A stretch of DNA of 64,000 bases from positions 1,009-65,008 of the forward strand of contig CAWDKA010000014.1 of assembly GCA_963802845.1 (NCBI GenBank), read 5' to 3'. The notes beneath the pieces were generated by a model. It was not told the DNA's origin, ran no database searches, and saw only the letters and a program-made list of their open reading frames with translations. The first letter of the stretch is position 1. Each line of letters starts with the position of its first letter. Made by a program: the position numbers and the translations under genes. Shown here piece by piece: positions 42,591 through 52,790 of the stretch. The stretch is from an uncultured Alphaproteobacteria bacterium (lineage in GTDB: Bacteria; Pseudomonadota; Alphaproteobacteria; Rhizobiales; Methyloligellaceae).

Positions 42591-43097
42591 TCAATTCACC
42601 TTCCTGAGTTTATCCGCGCCTTGTTTCACCTGCTCCTTAAGCGGCTGGCTCGCCGCGGCCGCCATCTTGGTTGCGAGCGCGCGAACTTCTTCGGCTTGGG
42701 ACGTGAGGGTGTTCAATTGCTTCTGCCAATAGGCCGCCTGCAACTCCACCATCTCGGAGAGGTTCTTCGCGCCCGCCAAGCTCTTGGCCAGGTCGAAGCC
42801 GGAATTTACATTTCGCTGGGCGATATCGATGATTTTGCGGTTGAACGCGACAGCGCCTTGGCCAGCGGCGTCGAAGGTCCTCTCAAGTGTCGTAACCGAT
42901 GCGTCGAGAGCATCCTTCGAGCGGTCATAGACCTCCCGGCTCTGATCCACGGCCTTCTCGGCCGTGGCTCGCACGCTCTCCGGTATCGAGGTGTTGAAAC
43001 CGAGTTGGGCCGTCGAGGCTCGATAGCTTCTGCCCGCTTGTTCGGCGGCAGTTTGGGGATTGGAGGTAGCATTCATCATCGTGCCTCTTGGGGTCAC
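42591..43097 (-). CDS. Phasin, near-identical to 25890..26399
   Basis: Protein and DNA nearly identical over most of their length. Confidence 0.88.
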   Translation of the reverse strand: MTPRGTMMNATSNPQTAAEQAGRSYRASTAQLGFNTSIPESVRATAEKAVDQSREVYDRSKDALDASVTTLERTFDAAGQGAVAFNRKIIDIAQRNVNSGFDLAKSLAGAKNLSEMVELQAAYWQKQLNTLTSQAEEVRALATKMAAAASQPLKEQVKQGADKLRKVN

Positions 43098-43170
43098 ATC
43101 GCTAGCGATTGCTCGCAGGCTGGCAGCCGCCGAACCATGCTCCGCTTAAGAGGGCGCTTGGCGTACTGAG

Positions 43171-43283
43171 TTTTTCGGGAAAGGGGCGTGCACGAAATCG
43201 GCACGGTAGTCTTTACCGTCAGCGCCTAGGGTCCGGCGTGCCAGTAACTAGACATATGGGTCTTGAGGAGTGGTATTACAAGC
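43171..43283 (-). promoter_or_regulatory. Promoter plus structured leader element, copy 2
   Basis: CTTGTAA...CCCATAT then ggca-cgcc-ggacccta-ggcg-ctga-cggta-aagac-taccg-tgcc. Confidence 0.7.
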
Positions 43284-43530
43284 CTCGCGCGTGGAAACGT
43301 CCTCGTTAGCGTAACGGTTGAGAAGGGTTTGGGCATTCCCCGGGTTGTGTGTCGGACTGGCAGCGCTCGAGTTTCTTCGAACTGCGAGGAGAGAGGCAAG
43401 AGAGTCGAGTCGCGCCGCTTCAATGTCGGCGAAGTGCTACAAGGAAAAGTCCACTACGGTGGACATTACGCCGGCGCCGAGGGCGAGAGTGCAATACACC
43501 AGCGCGTCGGCGTTCGGAAGCGGCATGCTC

Positions 43531-44760
43531 CTAGCCAGCTTTCGCGTAGTAAGACTTGAGCCCGTTCATGACTTGCTGCTTGTCGAACTCGGCGCCCATG
43601 TCGAGCATGGCGCTGGCGAAGCGGCTCGCGATTTCGGTGATCTGCTCTGGCGACAACTGGTTGAGAATGCCGATGCGCACTTGAATGGGTTCCGACAGCG
43701 TAGGCCAGATGCCGAAGCCGTGTGCCCGGCACCCTGCGACAAGATCCTTCTCTTTGCCAGCGAGCTTGCCCGGCAGATTGAGCACGACCAGACTGGTCGT
43801 ATTGGAGATGACGTCGCAGCCCATGGCCTCCACAGCCTGGCGCAACGCTTTCTCGTGATAGGCGTAGTCCAAGGCTTTGCGGTGCCGCCCGTAGGCCAGG
43901 ATAATGCGCAGCGCCTCGTGGAACGCCGCCACCGCGTAACAAGAATGCGTGCGGTGATAAGCCGGGGTAGGAGTGTCCTTGCCGTCGATGATTCCCCAAT
44001 GCCGCGCCTCCAAGATCGGATGGTGCACATAGGTGTAGCAGCCGCGCTTCCTCACGAGATCGATCGCTTTTTCGGTGAAGCTGACTGGTGCATAGGTCAA
44101 TGGCAGGCTGAGGACGCCCTTCTGCGGACACGACCCCCAGGCGACTACGCCCGGATAGTCGTCGATGCTGAAGTCGGCGACGCCGAGGCTCGACGCGGCA
44201 TCGACAAGCCCCATCACCCCATGCTCGAGGCAGGCCTCGCTAAAGCTCTTGAGGTCATTGATGCGGCCGGAGCCCGTCTCCCAATGGGCCATGCACGCCC
44301 ACATCGGCTTGTGCTCGGCGAGGGCCTTGTCCACGACGTCGCCGGTGACGGATTTTCCATGCGGCGTTCCGATCGTGATCACGTTCTTAGGCTTTGGGTC
44401 CAACGGATCCGCAGCCAGATCCTCATTCGTGGATGCCTTCATGCGAATAGTAAGGCCATCGATGGCGGAGAAGGTGCCGTTGGTAAAAGCCACGACCCTG
44501 TCGCCCGGTAGGATCATCGACAGCACGCAATCGAGCCCGCTGAAACCTGTGCCACCGACGCCGTAGGTATAGACGTTTTTGGTGCCCCAGAGCTCACGGA
44601 GCATCTCCTTGGCCTCGATCATGCCGCGGAGGACGTCCTTCTGCATGTGGTCGGCCAGGCCCGTCTTTACGAAGCGTTCGAGCACTCGGGGGTCGGTGTT
44701 CCCGGGACCGGGACCGGCGGCAAGCGTTTCAGGGATTTCAAGCGGCAGATATGTCGTCAT
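43531..44760 (-). CDS. Class V PLP aminotransferase (alanine/serine-glyoxylate type)
   Basis: GPGP, HWETGSG, VDAASSLG, CPQKG (PLP Lys), YHRT. Confidence 0.88.
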   Translation of the reverse strand: MTTYLPLEIPETLAAGPGPGNTDPRVLERFVKTGLADHMQKDVLRGMIEAKEMLRELWGTKNVYTYGVGGTGFSGLDCVLSMILPGDRVVAFTNGTFSAIDGLTIRMKASTNEDLAADPLDPKPKNVITIGTPHGKSVTGDVVDKALAEHKPMWACMAHWETGSGRINDLKSFSEACLEHGVMGLVDAASSLGVADFSIDDYPGVVAWGSCPQKGVLSLPLTYAPVSFTEKAIDLVRKRGCYTYVHHPILEARHWGIIDGKDTPTPAYHRTHSCYAVAAFHEALRIILAYGRHRKALDYAYHEKALRQAVEAMGCDVISNTTSLVVLNLPGKLAGKEKDLVAGCRAHGFGIWPTLSEPIQVRIGILNQLSPEQITEIASRFASAMLDMGAEFDKQQVMNGLKSYYAKAG

Positions 44761-45363
44761 GCAACCTCATAAAATCTGACGGCCCTAACGGGCCCTACAA
44801 GAGCAAAACCGCAGCTAGACAATATAGCAAACAGCATAATTTCCGAACGCGTCGGGGGACACGACCTGTCCGCTATGGGCTGGGTGTGTTGGCTATGAAC
44901 GCTGCTGCCCTATTCGATACAGTCGTCGCTTGAACGGCTCCTGTTGACAGGAGTTGAGATCCCGGTGTCGCCAATCACAACTGACACGTCCTCAACGTCA
45001 AAAAGGCTTTTTGCGTCCCCGTGTCCACTTCTGCTTGTTCGCCGTATCCAGGCCTATGTTAGGTTTTCGATCTTGACTTTGATCGAGCTCACTTGTGCTG
45101 GCGTGTCCGAATTGCCATCTCTGAGGGAAGCGCGCCATTGTTGACTAATGCCAATACATGAAGCGCGCCGTGGGGCGGACATGTAGCATATGGTGCCCCG
45201 TTCAACCAGCGTCCGCCCCCATTCTTATTTGTGAATATAGGTGCCGAGCTTAGTGCGCCGCGACGCGAACCACCGGCATTAACAAGACTGAGCGCGCACG
45301 CAAAGTGGTTAATGTCGCTGAGCGTTGGTTAGTAGCCTAACGCAGCTTTGAGGAAGCCAAAAA

Positions 45364-45567
45364 ATGTCCTCGCAATTCACAGTAGGACTGAGGAGGAAAG
45401 GAAAAGCCGATCGAATTGTCGTCGACGCTGAAGACGCGCTCATTGCTGCATTGAAGGTCAAAGCTGAGCGGCCTGAGGCCACAATTCTGTATGTCCGCCG
45501 GTTGAACCAGCGCGGCGACACGCGTCACCCACCTCACACCCTCACGGAGGTCGTTGACCTTGGATGA
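45364..45567 (+). CDS. Small hypothetical protein
   Basis: GAGGA RBS; VDAEDALIAALKVKAERPEATILYVRRLNQRGD. Confidence 0.65.
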   Translation: MSSQFTVGLRRKGKADRIVVDAEDALIAALKVKAERPEATILYVRRLNQRGDTRHPPHTLTEVVDLG

Positions 45568-45592
45568 TCACAGTTGACCTTGGATGATCACA
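45553..45592 (+). repeat. Perfect 20-nt tandem duplication
   Basis: gttgaccttggatgatcaca x2. Confidence 0.9.
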
Positions 45593-45640
45593 TATGTCTG
45601 CGACGGACGCCTTTGGCCGGGGAGCTGGAAGGAGGCGTAA

Positions 45641-45976
45641 TTGACCTACATCGTCAATGAGAGCTGTATCAAGTGTAAGTACATGGACTGTGTCGAGGTA
45701 TGTCCGGTGGACTGCTTCTATGAGGGTGAGAACATGCTCGTGATCCACCCGGACGAATGCATCGATTGCGGTGTGTGCGAACCGGAATGCCCGGTCGACG
45801 CGATCAAGCCCGACACCGAACCCGGTCTTGAAAAGTGGCTCGAGATCAATACCCAATATGCTCTGGTCTGGCCGAACATCACGGTAAAGCGTGAGCCGCC
45901 CTCAGATGCCAAGGACTGGGAGGGCAAGCCTGACAAGGCCAAATTGCTATCGCCGAACCCTGGCACAGGTGATTGA
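45641..45976 (+). CDS. fdxA: Ferredoxin FdxA (7Fe type)
   Basis: AAGGAGG RBS, TTG start; [19 protein letters not shown]...[12 protein letters not shown]. Confidence 0.93.
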   Translation: MTYIVNESCIKCKYMDCVEVCPVDCFYEGENMLVIHPDECIDCGVCEPECPVDAIKPDTEPGLEKWLEINTQYALVWPNITVKREPPSDAKDWEGKPDKAKLLSPNPGTGD

Positions 45977-46095
45977 AGGCTGGACAGCGCAATGTCGTTG
46001 CGTGCGATAAGCAAAATGAGATCAAAAACATCGGGGGTCGAGTTCTAAGTACAAGGTGAGGGAGGTAGACAGGTCGCAGACCCGGCGAGCGCGAG

Positions 46096-46632
46096 ATGTT
46101 CGAGCGTGTGTCCAAACTGGTGAAGACGGACCGGAAGAGATCATGGAGGCTCGATCAACTGATCCGGTCGATTTTTTTGACGGACTTTGTGTCCGCGTTC
46201 TTCCTGGCGATGCGCTACTTCTTCAAGCCGAAGGCAACGTTGAACTATCCCTTCGAGAAGGGGGCACTCTCGCCTCGCTTTCGCGGCGAGCTTGCGCTGC
46301 GGCGCTATCCGAACGGGGAAGAGCGCTGCATCGCCTGCAAGCTGTGCGAGGCGATCTGCCCGGCGCAGGCTATCACCATCGAGGCGGGACCGCGACGCGA
46401 CGACGGCACGCGGCGGACGACCCGCTTTGACATCGACATGATGAAATGCATTTACTGCGGCTTCTGCCAAGAGGCCTGCCCTGTTGATGCTATCGTGCTG
46501 GGACCGAATTTCGAGTTCGCAACCGAGACACCCGAGGAACTCTACTACAGTAAGGAACGCCTGCTTGCGAACGGCGACCGCTGGGAGCGGGCGATCGCAA
46601 GGAATATATTGCTTGACGCGCCCTATCGATGA
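46096..46632 (+). CDS. nuoI: NADH-quinone oxidoreductase subunit I (orphan)
   Basis: [40 protein letters not shown]; the expected ATG at 46143 is one base out of frame. Confidence 0.9.
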   Translation: MFERVSKLVKTDRKRSWRLDQLIRSIFLTDFVSAFFLAMRYFFKPKATLNYPFEKGALSPRFRGELALRRYPNGEERCIACKLCEAICPAQAITIEAGPRRDDGTRRTTRFDIDMMKCIYCGFCQEACPVDAIVLGPNFEFATETPEELYYSKERLLANGDRWERAIARNILLDAPYR

Positions 46633-46700
46633 GCGCCCTAGAGCGTCGCCGGCGCCGGGCTTGCGCTGGATCTCCATCGGCGTGAAATGAAAGTTTGGGC

Positions 46701-47528
46701 ATGACGGAAGAGCTGACCGGACGACGAATTGTGGTACCGGAAACCCGCGAACTTGGCCAACTGCTCCGCATGTTGGAAGAGCATGGTGCCGATACTGTCG
46801 CCTGTCCAATGATCGCCATCCGCGATGCACCTGATCCGGTACCCATTAACGCGTGGCTGCGCCGCTTCGCGAACGGGACGTGTGACGATCTTGTCCTGAT
46901 GACGGGTGAAGGCCTACGGCGGCTCCTTGACTTCGCCCGCCGCCTTGATCTGGAACCCGCCTTCCGAGTCGCGCTCGCCGAGACACGCAAGATCACGCGC
47001 GGGCCAAAACCAGTCCGCGCGCTGCGAGAGATCGGGTTGGCTGCCGACCTGCCCGCCGACCAGCCCACGACCGAAGGCGTCATCGCGACGCTGGAACGCC
47101 ATGATCTCACCGGGCGTCGCGTCGCCGTGCAGCTATATCCCGGCAATGCGAACGAGCGACTTCTGAAGTTCCTCGAAGGCGCCGGGGCGGAAGCGGATCC
47201 AGTGCTTCCATATGTTTACGCTTCTGAAGTCGACGATGCGCGCGTGATCGCTGTTATTGCCGAAATGGTTACGGGCAAGATCGACGCGATCGCCTTCACG
47301 AGCGCGCCCCAGGTTCGACAATTCCGCGACGTCGCCCGCGCCTTCGGTCGAGAAGCGGAGTTGCGGCAAGGCTTAAGACGCATCGTCGTTGCGGCGGTCG
47401 GCCCGATTGTTGCAGCCGAGCTCGATGCGATGGGAGTACAGGTGAACGTTATTCCTGAGAACACGTTCTTCATGAAGCCACTAGTGCGAGGGCTCGCGGC
47501 TGCATTTACAAAGGAGCATGAGGGCTAA
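46701..47528 (+). CDS. Uroporphyrinogen-III synthase (HemD-like)
   Basis: LMTGEG, RGPKP, AFTSAPQV, AVGP. Confidence 0.85.
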   Translation: MTEELTGRRIVVPETRELGQLLRMLEEHGADTVACPMIAIRDAPDPVPINAWLRRFANGTCDDLVLMTGEGLRRLLDFARRLDLEPAFRVALAETRKITRGPKPVRALREIGLAADLPADQPTTEGVIATLERHDLTGRRVAVQLYPGNANERLLKFLEGAGAEADPVLPYVYASEVDDARVIAVIAEMVTGKIDAIAFTSAPQVRQFRDVARAFGREAELRQGLRRIVVAAVGPIVAAELDAMGVQVNVIPENTFFMKPLVRGLAAAFTKEHEG

Positions 47529-47588
47529 CTGCTTTAACAGGGGAAAGGGATCTGAACAGTACCCGGGCCGCGAGTACGGAGTAGATGA

Positions 47589-47850
47589 AATGGCAGGAGG
47601 AACGAAGGTGAAGTTCGATTTCCATCGGGCTGGCGGCGAACACGAAACTGGTCCTGCCGCTGCCTACGTGCAGATCTACGTGAAGTCGAGCGCCCTCAGC
47701 CGTGCTCCGGATCTTGCAATCTCAGCGCACCTGTTGACCGAAGCTGAAATCGATGAGTTTATTGACGATGCACTCGCTGAGTTGGAAGAAATCCGTGTCG
47801 ATGCCAAGAAGGCGACTAGCCGCGGCCGCTTCACACTAAGTCTGGCTTAG
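47589..47850 (+). CDS. Small hypothetical protein
   Basis: LLTEAEIDEFIDDALAELEEIRVDAKK amphipathic helix; start uncertain. Confidence 0.5.
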
Positions 47851-48373
47851 CCTGGCACGTATCTATCGCATGCGAAGCAGAATGTCCGCATTGCGACACC
47901 TATGCGGCGCCGGCCAAACCACTCACGCCCCAAGCCAATGCACCGCGGGCCATTCGGTACAGGCGGTCGAATGAACTGACGGATGCTGCAATAAATTTGC
48001 GTCGGCCTAGAAACGCCCTGGAATTCAATGCATATTGCGATCATGCCAGAGAAGAAGTCAACGCGCCCGAATAACAATGCCAAGGCACTCGAAAGCTGGG
48101 AAAGCGAAGGCGGCGCTCCTGCGTCAGACGACTGCTCGACAAAAAGGAAACAACCCCGCGTCCTGAACCAGATCACGAAGGCCCAGCCACTCACGAATCA
48201 CAAGCAAAAACCGAAGAGGAGCTAGAACCAACGTCTTTGTTTTGCGCTCGCGCACGCAGCTATCCGTGCCCGCTCCCGCCTACAATTGCGGAGAGCCTGT
48301 CGTGAGATACTGCATTGCTGGGTATTCCTACCCGAAGTGTGGTGCCTCAGAACCCGCACGTGACATTGGACCA

Positions 48374-48586
48374 TTATGGTGAGCCAGTCTTTGGGGTCTC
48401 TGGACATCGAACCACGTCGAATTTGAGCCAAATGTCATCATCGAGCAGTGACACTTCCGGGTGCCGGTGACTGAAATCCCTCAGAGCTGACTTCGAGAAT
48501 TCAGCAAAGCTGCCACCCCTTTCTGTATCACACTCGGCTCGGAAAATTGTTTGGCCATTCCGGTCAACTCGCAATTCAATTCGCAT
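48374..48586 (-). CDS. Small hypothetical protein
   Basis: MRIELRVDRNGQTIF...HPEVSLLDDDIWLKF. Confidence 0.5.
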   Translation of the reverse strand: MRIELRVDRNGQTIFRAECDTERGGSFAEFSKSALRDFSHRHPEVSLLDDDIWLKFDVVRCPETPKTGSP

Positions 48587-48692
48587 AGCACCGTCTCTCT
48601 GCATTCCGTAGCCACGGCAGGCCACGCCCGCTTAGACCTCTAAGCGCGTGAAAGCAGCGGGCGGGTAGGGCTCTTCCGTACCTTGGGCCTCG

Positions 48693-49199
48693 CTAGATAG
48701 CTCCGATGAAATCCCGTTTACCCAGTTCAACACCGCAGTGCCGCAGAATGTCGTAGGCCGTAGTGCAATGGAAATAAAAGTTAGGTAGCACGAAATGCAC
48801 GAGATATGGCTGGCCTTTAAAACTTAACGTGTGCTCACCCAGGGTTAGGGTAACGTCCCGACCCTCCGAGCCGTCAATGTCGCTGGGTTGGATGGATTGC
48901 ACGAATGTCGCCGTATTTGTGATACGCGCCTTGAGATCGGCAAAGGTCTTCTCAGTGTCGTCATGTTTCGGCACTTCCACACCCGCGAGCCGCGCAGCGG
49001 CTCCCTTGGCGAGATCGGCGGCAATCTGGATCTGGCGAATGAACGGAAGCATATCAGGAGCGAGCTGGTAATAGAGCAACACTTCCGGATCAATCTTGCG
49101 GTTCCCGGCATAGGCCTCGGCTTTGTCCAACATCGCGGAGAGGTTATTCAACATTTGGAGAAAGGCCGGGACCGACGCCTGGTACATGGAGAGAGACAT
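48693..49199 (-). CDS. DUF1993-family protein
   Basis: LAPDMLPF...LPNFYFHCTTAYDILRHCGVELGKRDF. Confidence 0.9.
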   Translation of the reverse strand: MSLSMYQASVPAFLQMLNNLSAMLDKAEAYAGNRKIDPEVLLYYQLAPDMLPFIRQIQIAADLAKGAAARLAGVEVPKHDDTEKTFADLKARITNTATFVQSIQPSDIDGSEGRDVTLTLGEHTLSFKGQPYLVHFVLPNFYFHCTTAYDILRHCGVELGKRDFIGAI

Positions 49200-49372
49200 C
49201 GATGGGGACCTCTTTCGGTGGGGAAGGAGGACTATCCGTAGTAAGGAGCGTGGGCGCAACAGGCTTTCTGCGTGCAGCGGGCCTGCGTGAGCGCTTCACG
49301 ATGCCTAAGTTCCTCGGACCCACTAGGCTCTTGGCCAGGTCGAAGCTTCGAAAGGAGCCGGACAGGCGGTGG

Positions 49373-49864
49373 TCACTTTAGCAAGGCCTTGAGTGCCTTG
49401 ATGCTTCCGGAGACGAGCTCGTTGGCTCGATCGGGCGTGAGCTTGGCAGTGATCAGATTTTGCGCCGCCGCGATCGCTAAGTCGACGACATCGTTCCGTA
49501 GCTCGCCCACGGCTTCCATCTCGGCGCGGGCGATCTTCTCCTCGGCGAGCTTTATGCGGCGCTCGATATGTTCCTTGAGTGACTGGCGTGTCTCCACAGC
49601 AAGGCTCTCAGCTTGCTTGGCGGCAAGGGCGATGATGTTGTCCACCTCCGTGACAACATTGCCGAGCTTGCGCCGGTAGTCCACGAGCAGCCTTTCCGCC
49701 TCTTCCCGCAGCCGGCGCGCCTCATCGAGCTCTTTGCCGATCCGAAGTGCGCGGGCATCGAGCGCGCTCGTGACTCTCTCATGGACGCCGAGATACACGA
49801 GCACGCCGATGAAAATGAAAAACGATACCGCGACCCAGAATTCTGCCTCGTAGATGAACTCCAT
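49373..49864 (-). CDS. atpF: ATP synthase F0 subunit b (orphan)
   Basis: EFWVAVSFFIF TM helix then LDARA..I..ELDEARRLREEA coiled coil. Confidence 0.85.
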   Translation of the reverse strand: MEFIYEAEFWVAVSFFIFIGVLVYLGVHERVTSALDARALRIGKELDEARRLREEAERLLVDYRRKLGNVVTEVDNIIALAAKQAESLAVETRQSLKEHIERRIKLAEEKIARAEMEAVGELRNDVVDLAIAAAQNLITAKLTPDRANELVSGSIKALKALLK

Positions 49865-49933
49865 GGTCGCTCCTTTCGTCCCGCTCTAGGTACGCGTCCT
49901 CCGCGTGAGAGCCATCGGAAGAGGTTTCCGTGC

Positions 49934-51295
49934 TCAGTCTACGAGGGCGGTCTGCTTGGCAAGCTCGACCAGGGATTCGATCGGGTGGCCTGCGTCCTTC
50001 AGCTTGCCGAGCGCCTCGGGCGCAGGACCGCCCGTGGCCCAGTCGAGCATCTCGACGGTGTGGACGAAGGGGGCGGACGTACCACTCTGGAGCTGCGTCA
50101 CGCAGCCGATATTGGCGGTCACGATCACGTCGGGCGCGACCTTGGCGATATTGGCGAGCTTGCGCTCGCGGAGCTCGCTCGAGAGTTTGGGCTGGAGCAG
50201 ATTGTAAGTGCCGGCCGAGCCGCAGCAGAGATGGCCTTCGGGAATCTGGAGGATGTTGAACCCGGCCTGCTCGAGCAGCGACAGCGGGAGCGTATCGAGC
50301 TTCTGGCCGTGCTGGAGCGAGCAGGCGGCGTGGTAAGCGATCCGGAGTCCCGTCCACATCGTCGGCGGAACCAAACCGACGGCGTCGATGAACTCGGTGA
50401 TGTCGCGCGCGAGCCCGGAGATATAGGCGGCGCGCTCGGCATAGCCGCGGTCGCGCGCCAGCAGGTTGCCATAGTCTTTGACCATCGTGCCGCAGCCCGA
50501 GGTCGTCATGATGATGGCGTCGAGCGGCTTTTCGCGGATGACGGCAGTCCAGGCGTCGATGTTGCGGCGGGCATAGCCGCGCGCTTCCTCTTCCTTGCCG
50601 AGATGGTGGACGAGCGCGCCGCAGCAGGTCTCGTCCTTGACTACGATGACATCGACGCCGTGGCGCCTGAGCAGCCTGATGGCGGAGCGGCTGATCGAGG
50701 GCTGAAGCACTTCCTGCACGCAGCCGAGCATCAGCGCGACCCGCTTCGCTTTCGGGTTCGTGCCGATCTCCGAGCGCGGCCGGGCGAGTTTGGTCTCGGG
50801 CAGGCGCGCCGGCACGAGCGCGAGCGCCGCCGCCGGCCGCTCGAGGCCGAGGCGGGCCAAAAGACCGCGGAGCGGCCGGGCAAGCCACCCGAGCGTGAGA
50901 GCGAGCCGGAAGCGGCGCGAATTGGGCAACACCTTGGCCAGGAGGAAGCGCAAGCCGTGCTGTTGCGGCGAGCGATGGCCCTTTGCCTCGATGCGCGTCC
51001 GGGCGAGATCGACGAGATGCATGTAATCGACGCCGCTCGGGCAGGTGGTCATGCAGGAGAGACAGGAGAGGCAGCGGTCGATGTGGTAGGTCATCGACGC
51101 CGTCACCTGGCGCTCTTCGAACATTTGCTTCATCAGGTAGATGCGGCCGCGCGGGCTGTCGCGCTCATCGCCCGTGAGCACATAGGTCGGGCAGGTCGCG
51201 GTGCAGAGGCCGCAATGCACGCAGCGCTTCAGGATCGCATCGGCGCGCGAGATGGTCGGATCGGCGAGTTGAACCTCGTTGAAACTCGTTTGCAT
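49934..51295 (-). CDS. glcF: Glycolate oxidase iron-sulfur subunit
   Basis: MQTSF, CVHCGLCTATCPTY, CLSCLSCMTTCPSGVDY, CCG domains. Confidence 0.93.
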   Translation of the reverse strand: MQTSFNEVQLADPTISRADAILKRCVHCGLCTATCPTYVLTGDERDSPRGRIYLMKQMFEERQVTASMTYHIDRCLSCLSCMTTCPSGVDYMHLVDLARTRIEAKGHRSPQQHGLRFLLAKVLPNSRRFRLALTLGWLARPLRGLLARLGLERPAAALALVPARLPETKLARPRSEIGTNPKAKRVALMLGCVQEVLQPSISRSAIRLLRRHGVDVIVVKDETCCGALVHHLGKEEEARGYARRNIDAWTAVIREKPLDAIIMTTSGCGTMVKDYGNLLARDRGYAERAAYISGLARDITEFIDAVGLVPPTMWTGLRIAYHAACSLQHGQKLDTLPLSLLEQAGFNILQIPEGHLCCGSAGTYNLLQPKLSSELRERKLANIAKVAPDVIVTANIGCVTQLQSGTSAPFVHTVEMLDWATGGPAPEALGKLKDAGHPIESLVELAKQTALVD

Positions 51296-51305
51296 CGGTT
51301 CCCGC

Positions 51306-51362
51306 CTATATCCCCGAATACATGCGGCCAGGGTTGAGAATGCCGACCGGGTCGAAAGCGAC
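51306..51362 (-). pseudogene. 3' remnant of glcE
   Basis: AFDPVGILNPGRMY immediately upstream of glcF; the rest of the gene is absent. Confidence 0.75.
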
Positions 51363-52191
51363 GGCAGGCACTAGCGACTGCCGCTTGGCCTCGTCGAGGA
51401 GGCTTTCGCGGAAGTCATGGTGCGCTATCTCTCGAGATTTAGCCAGATCATTGAAGACGATATTGCATTGTTGAGTATTCCGACCCGAACAGCCGCACCT
51501 CGGAGGAGCACACCGCTCGGCGACAGGCGATCGAGGCAGCGATAGTCGCCTGGGCCCGGAGCTTCTAAACAACCTCCCTGCTATGGAATAATGGTGTCCC
51601 TGCTCCTTGGATAGGGAGAGAACCTATCCTACCCATTGAGATGCAAGGGCCTTCTGCTGGGATAAGACGGCGCTTGTCGCTGCATTTGGCAAAATCACCC
51701 TGCATTCCCCGCTTTGCAGGGAGAGACAAGTTGGCTCCCGACTGCCAGCACAGCCACCTAGTCGCGGGTTTTCAGCGTCTCTCCCGACCTTCGCGACACA
51801 CTCCCGAAGAAGCTCGGAATTGCGCGACCAAGTGGCAATCATTCTCTCGGAGCTGACGGTAGAGAGAGAGTCTCAGCAGATAAAGGCCGCGCTCCTCCCG
51901 GTTTATCTCTACTGAGCATTTTTGGGGGTCACACTGCCGGGAAGCAGATTGTCCCCATCAGCCTGGGGGAAAGGTCACACAAGGAATGCTGCTGATCTTC
52001 ACCAGTGGAGATCAATTCCGTGAGGCGTACCGCTTTTTCTGGAGGGTTCCCTTTCAGAGCTTGCGCTACGCACCAAACCGAAGTCATACAGCCCACCAGT
52101 AAAATGACTGGAGTACCCGTAATGTCGCGCTGCGCTGACAGCAATCGATGCCGCATTGCACAGCGCTGGCCGGAAAGCTGAATATGTGCCC

Positions 52192-52518
52192 ATGGAATCA
52201 TCTCTCGCTATCCTCGTCATCGATGAGAACAAAATTCGCGCCTCGATCATCGAGGTGGGATTGCGCGAGAGCGGGCACGACAATGTCACGGTAGTGCACG
52301 ACATCGCGGGTGTCGCTCGCACCATCGCTGCGATCAATCCCGACGTGATCGTCATCGACCTGGAGAATCCCAATCGCGACGTGCTGGAAAACATGTTTCA
52401 GCTCTCGCGCGCGGTGCAGCGCCCCGTCGCCATGTTCGTCGACCGCGCCGACCGTGCCTCGATCGAAGCCGCCGTCGAGGCCGGCGTCTCGGCCTCGCAA
52501 GACGGCGATGAACCATAA
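52192..52518 (+). pseudogene. NasT-like ANTAR response regulator, 3'-truncated
   Basis: ILVIDENKIRASIIEVGL...IDLENPNRD...AAVEAGVSA then an unrelated tail; ANTAR domain missing. Confidence 0.8.
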
Positions 52519-52790
52519 CCGCAAGATCGCCGATGCATCATGATGTGCATCGAAGTTCGAATCCGATGCTCAGCCACCGAGTTCGCGGGTTTTTCGCCGC
52601 TCTCGCGACACCTGCCAAAGCGTCAGCAAGAAGCCCGGAATTGCGCCACCAAATCGCGGTGGTTCTCTCCCGAGTGACCTGAAAGAGAGCGCTTCAGCGG
52701 AAGCTTCTAGCGGCCGACTGAAGGGGATGTAATTGATTTATCGTGAGTGGGCGAGCCATAAACGCGTGCGGATGACCTTGGCCCCGTCTC

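Noticed and set aside
49613-51337. 574-aa plus-strand ORF
   Set aside because: Antisense shadow of glcF and atpF in GC-rich DNA with no recognisable motifs. The same applies to 43318..44511, 34878..36182, 31518..32516 and 17909..19015.
52555-52576. tRNA gene
   Set aside because: Only a T-arm-like GTTCGAATCC and GCCA; no D-arm, anticodon arm or acceptor pairing.
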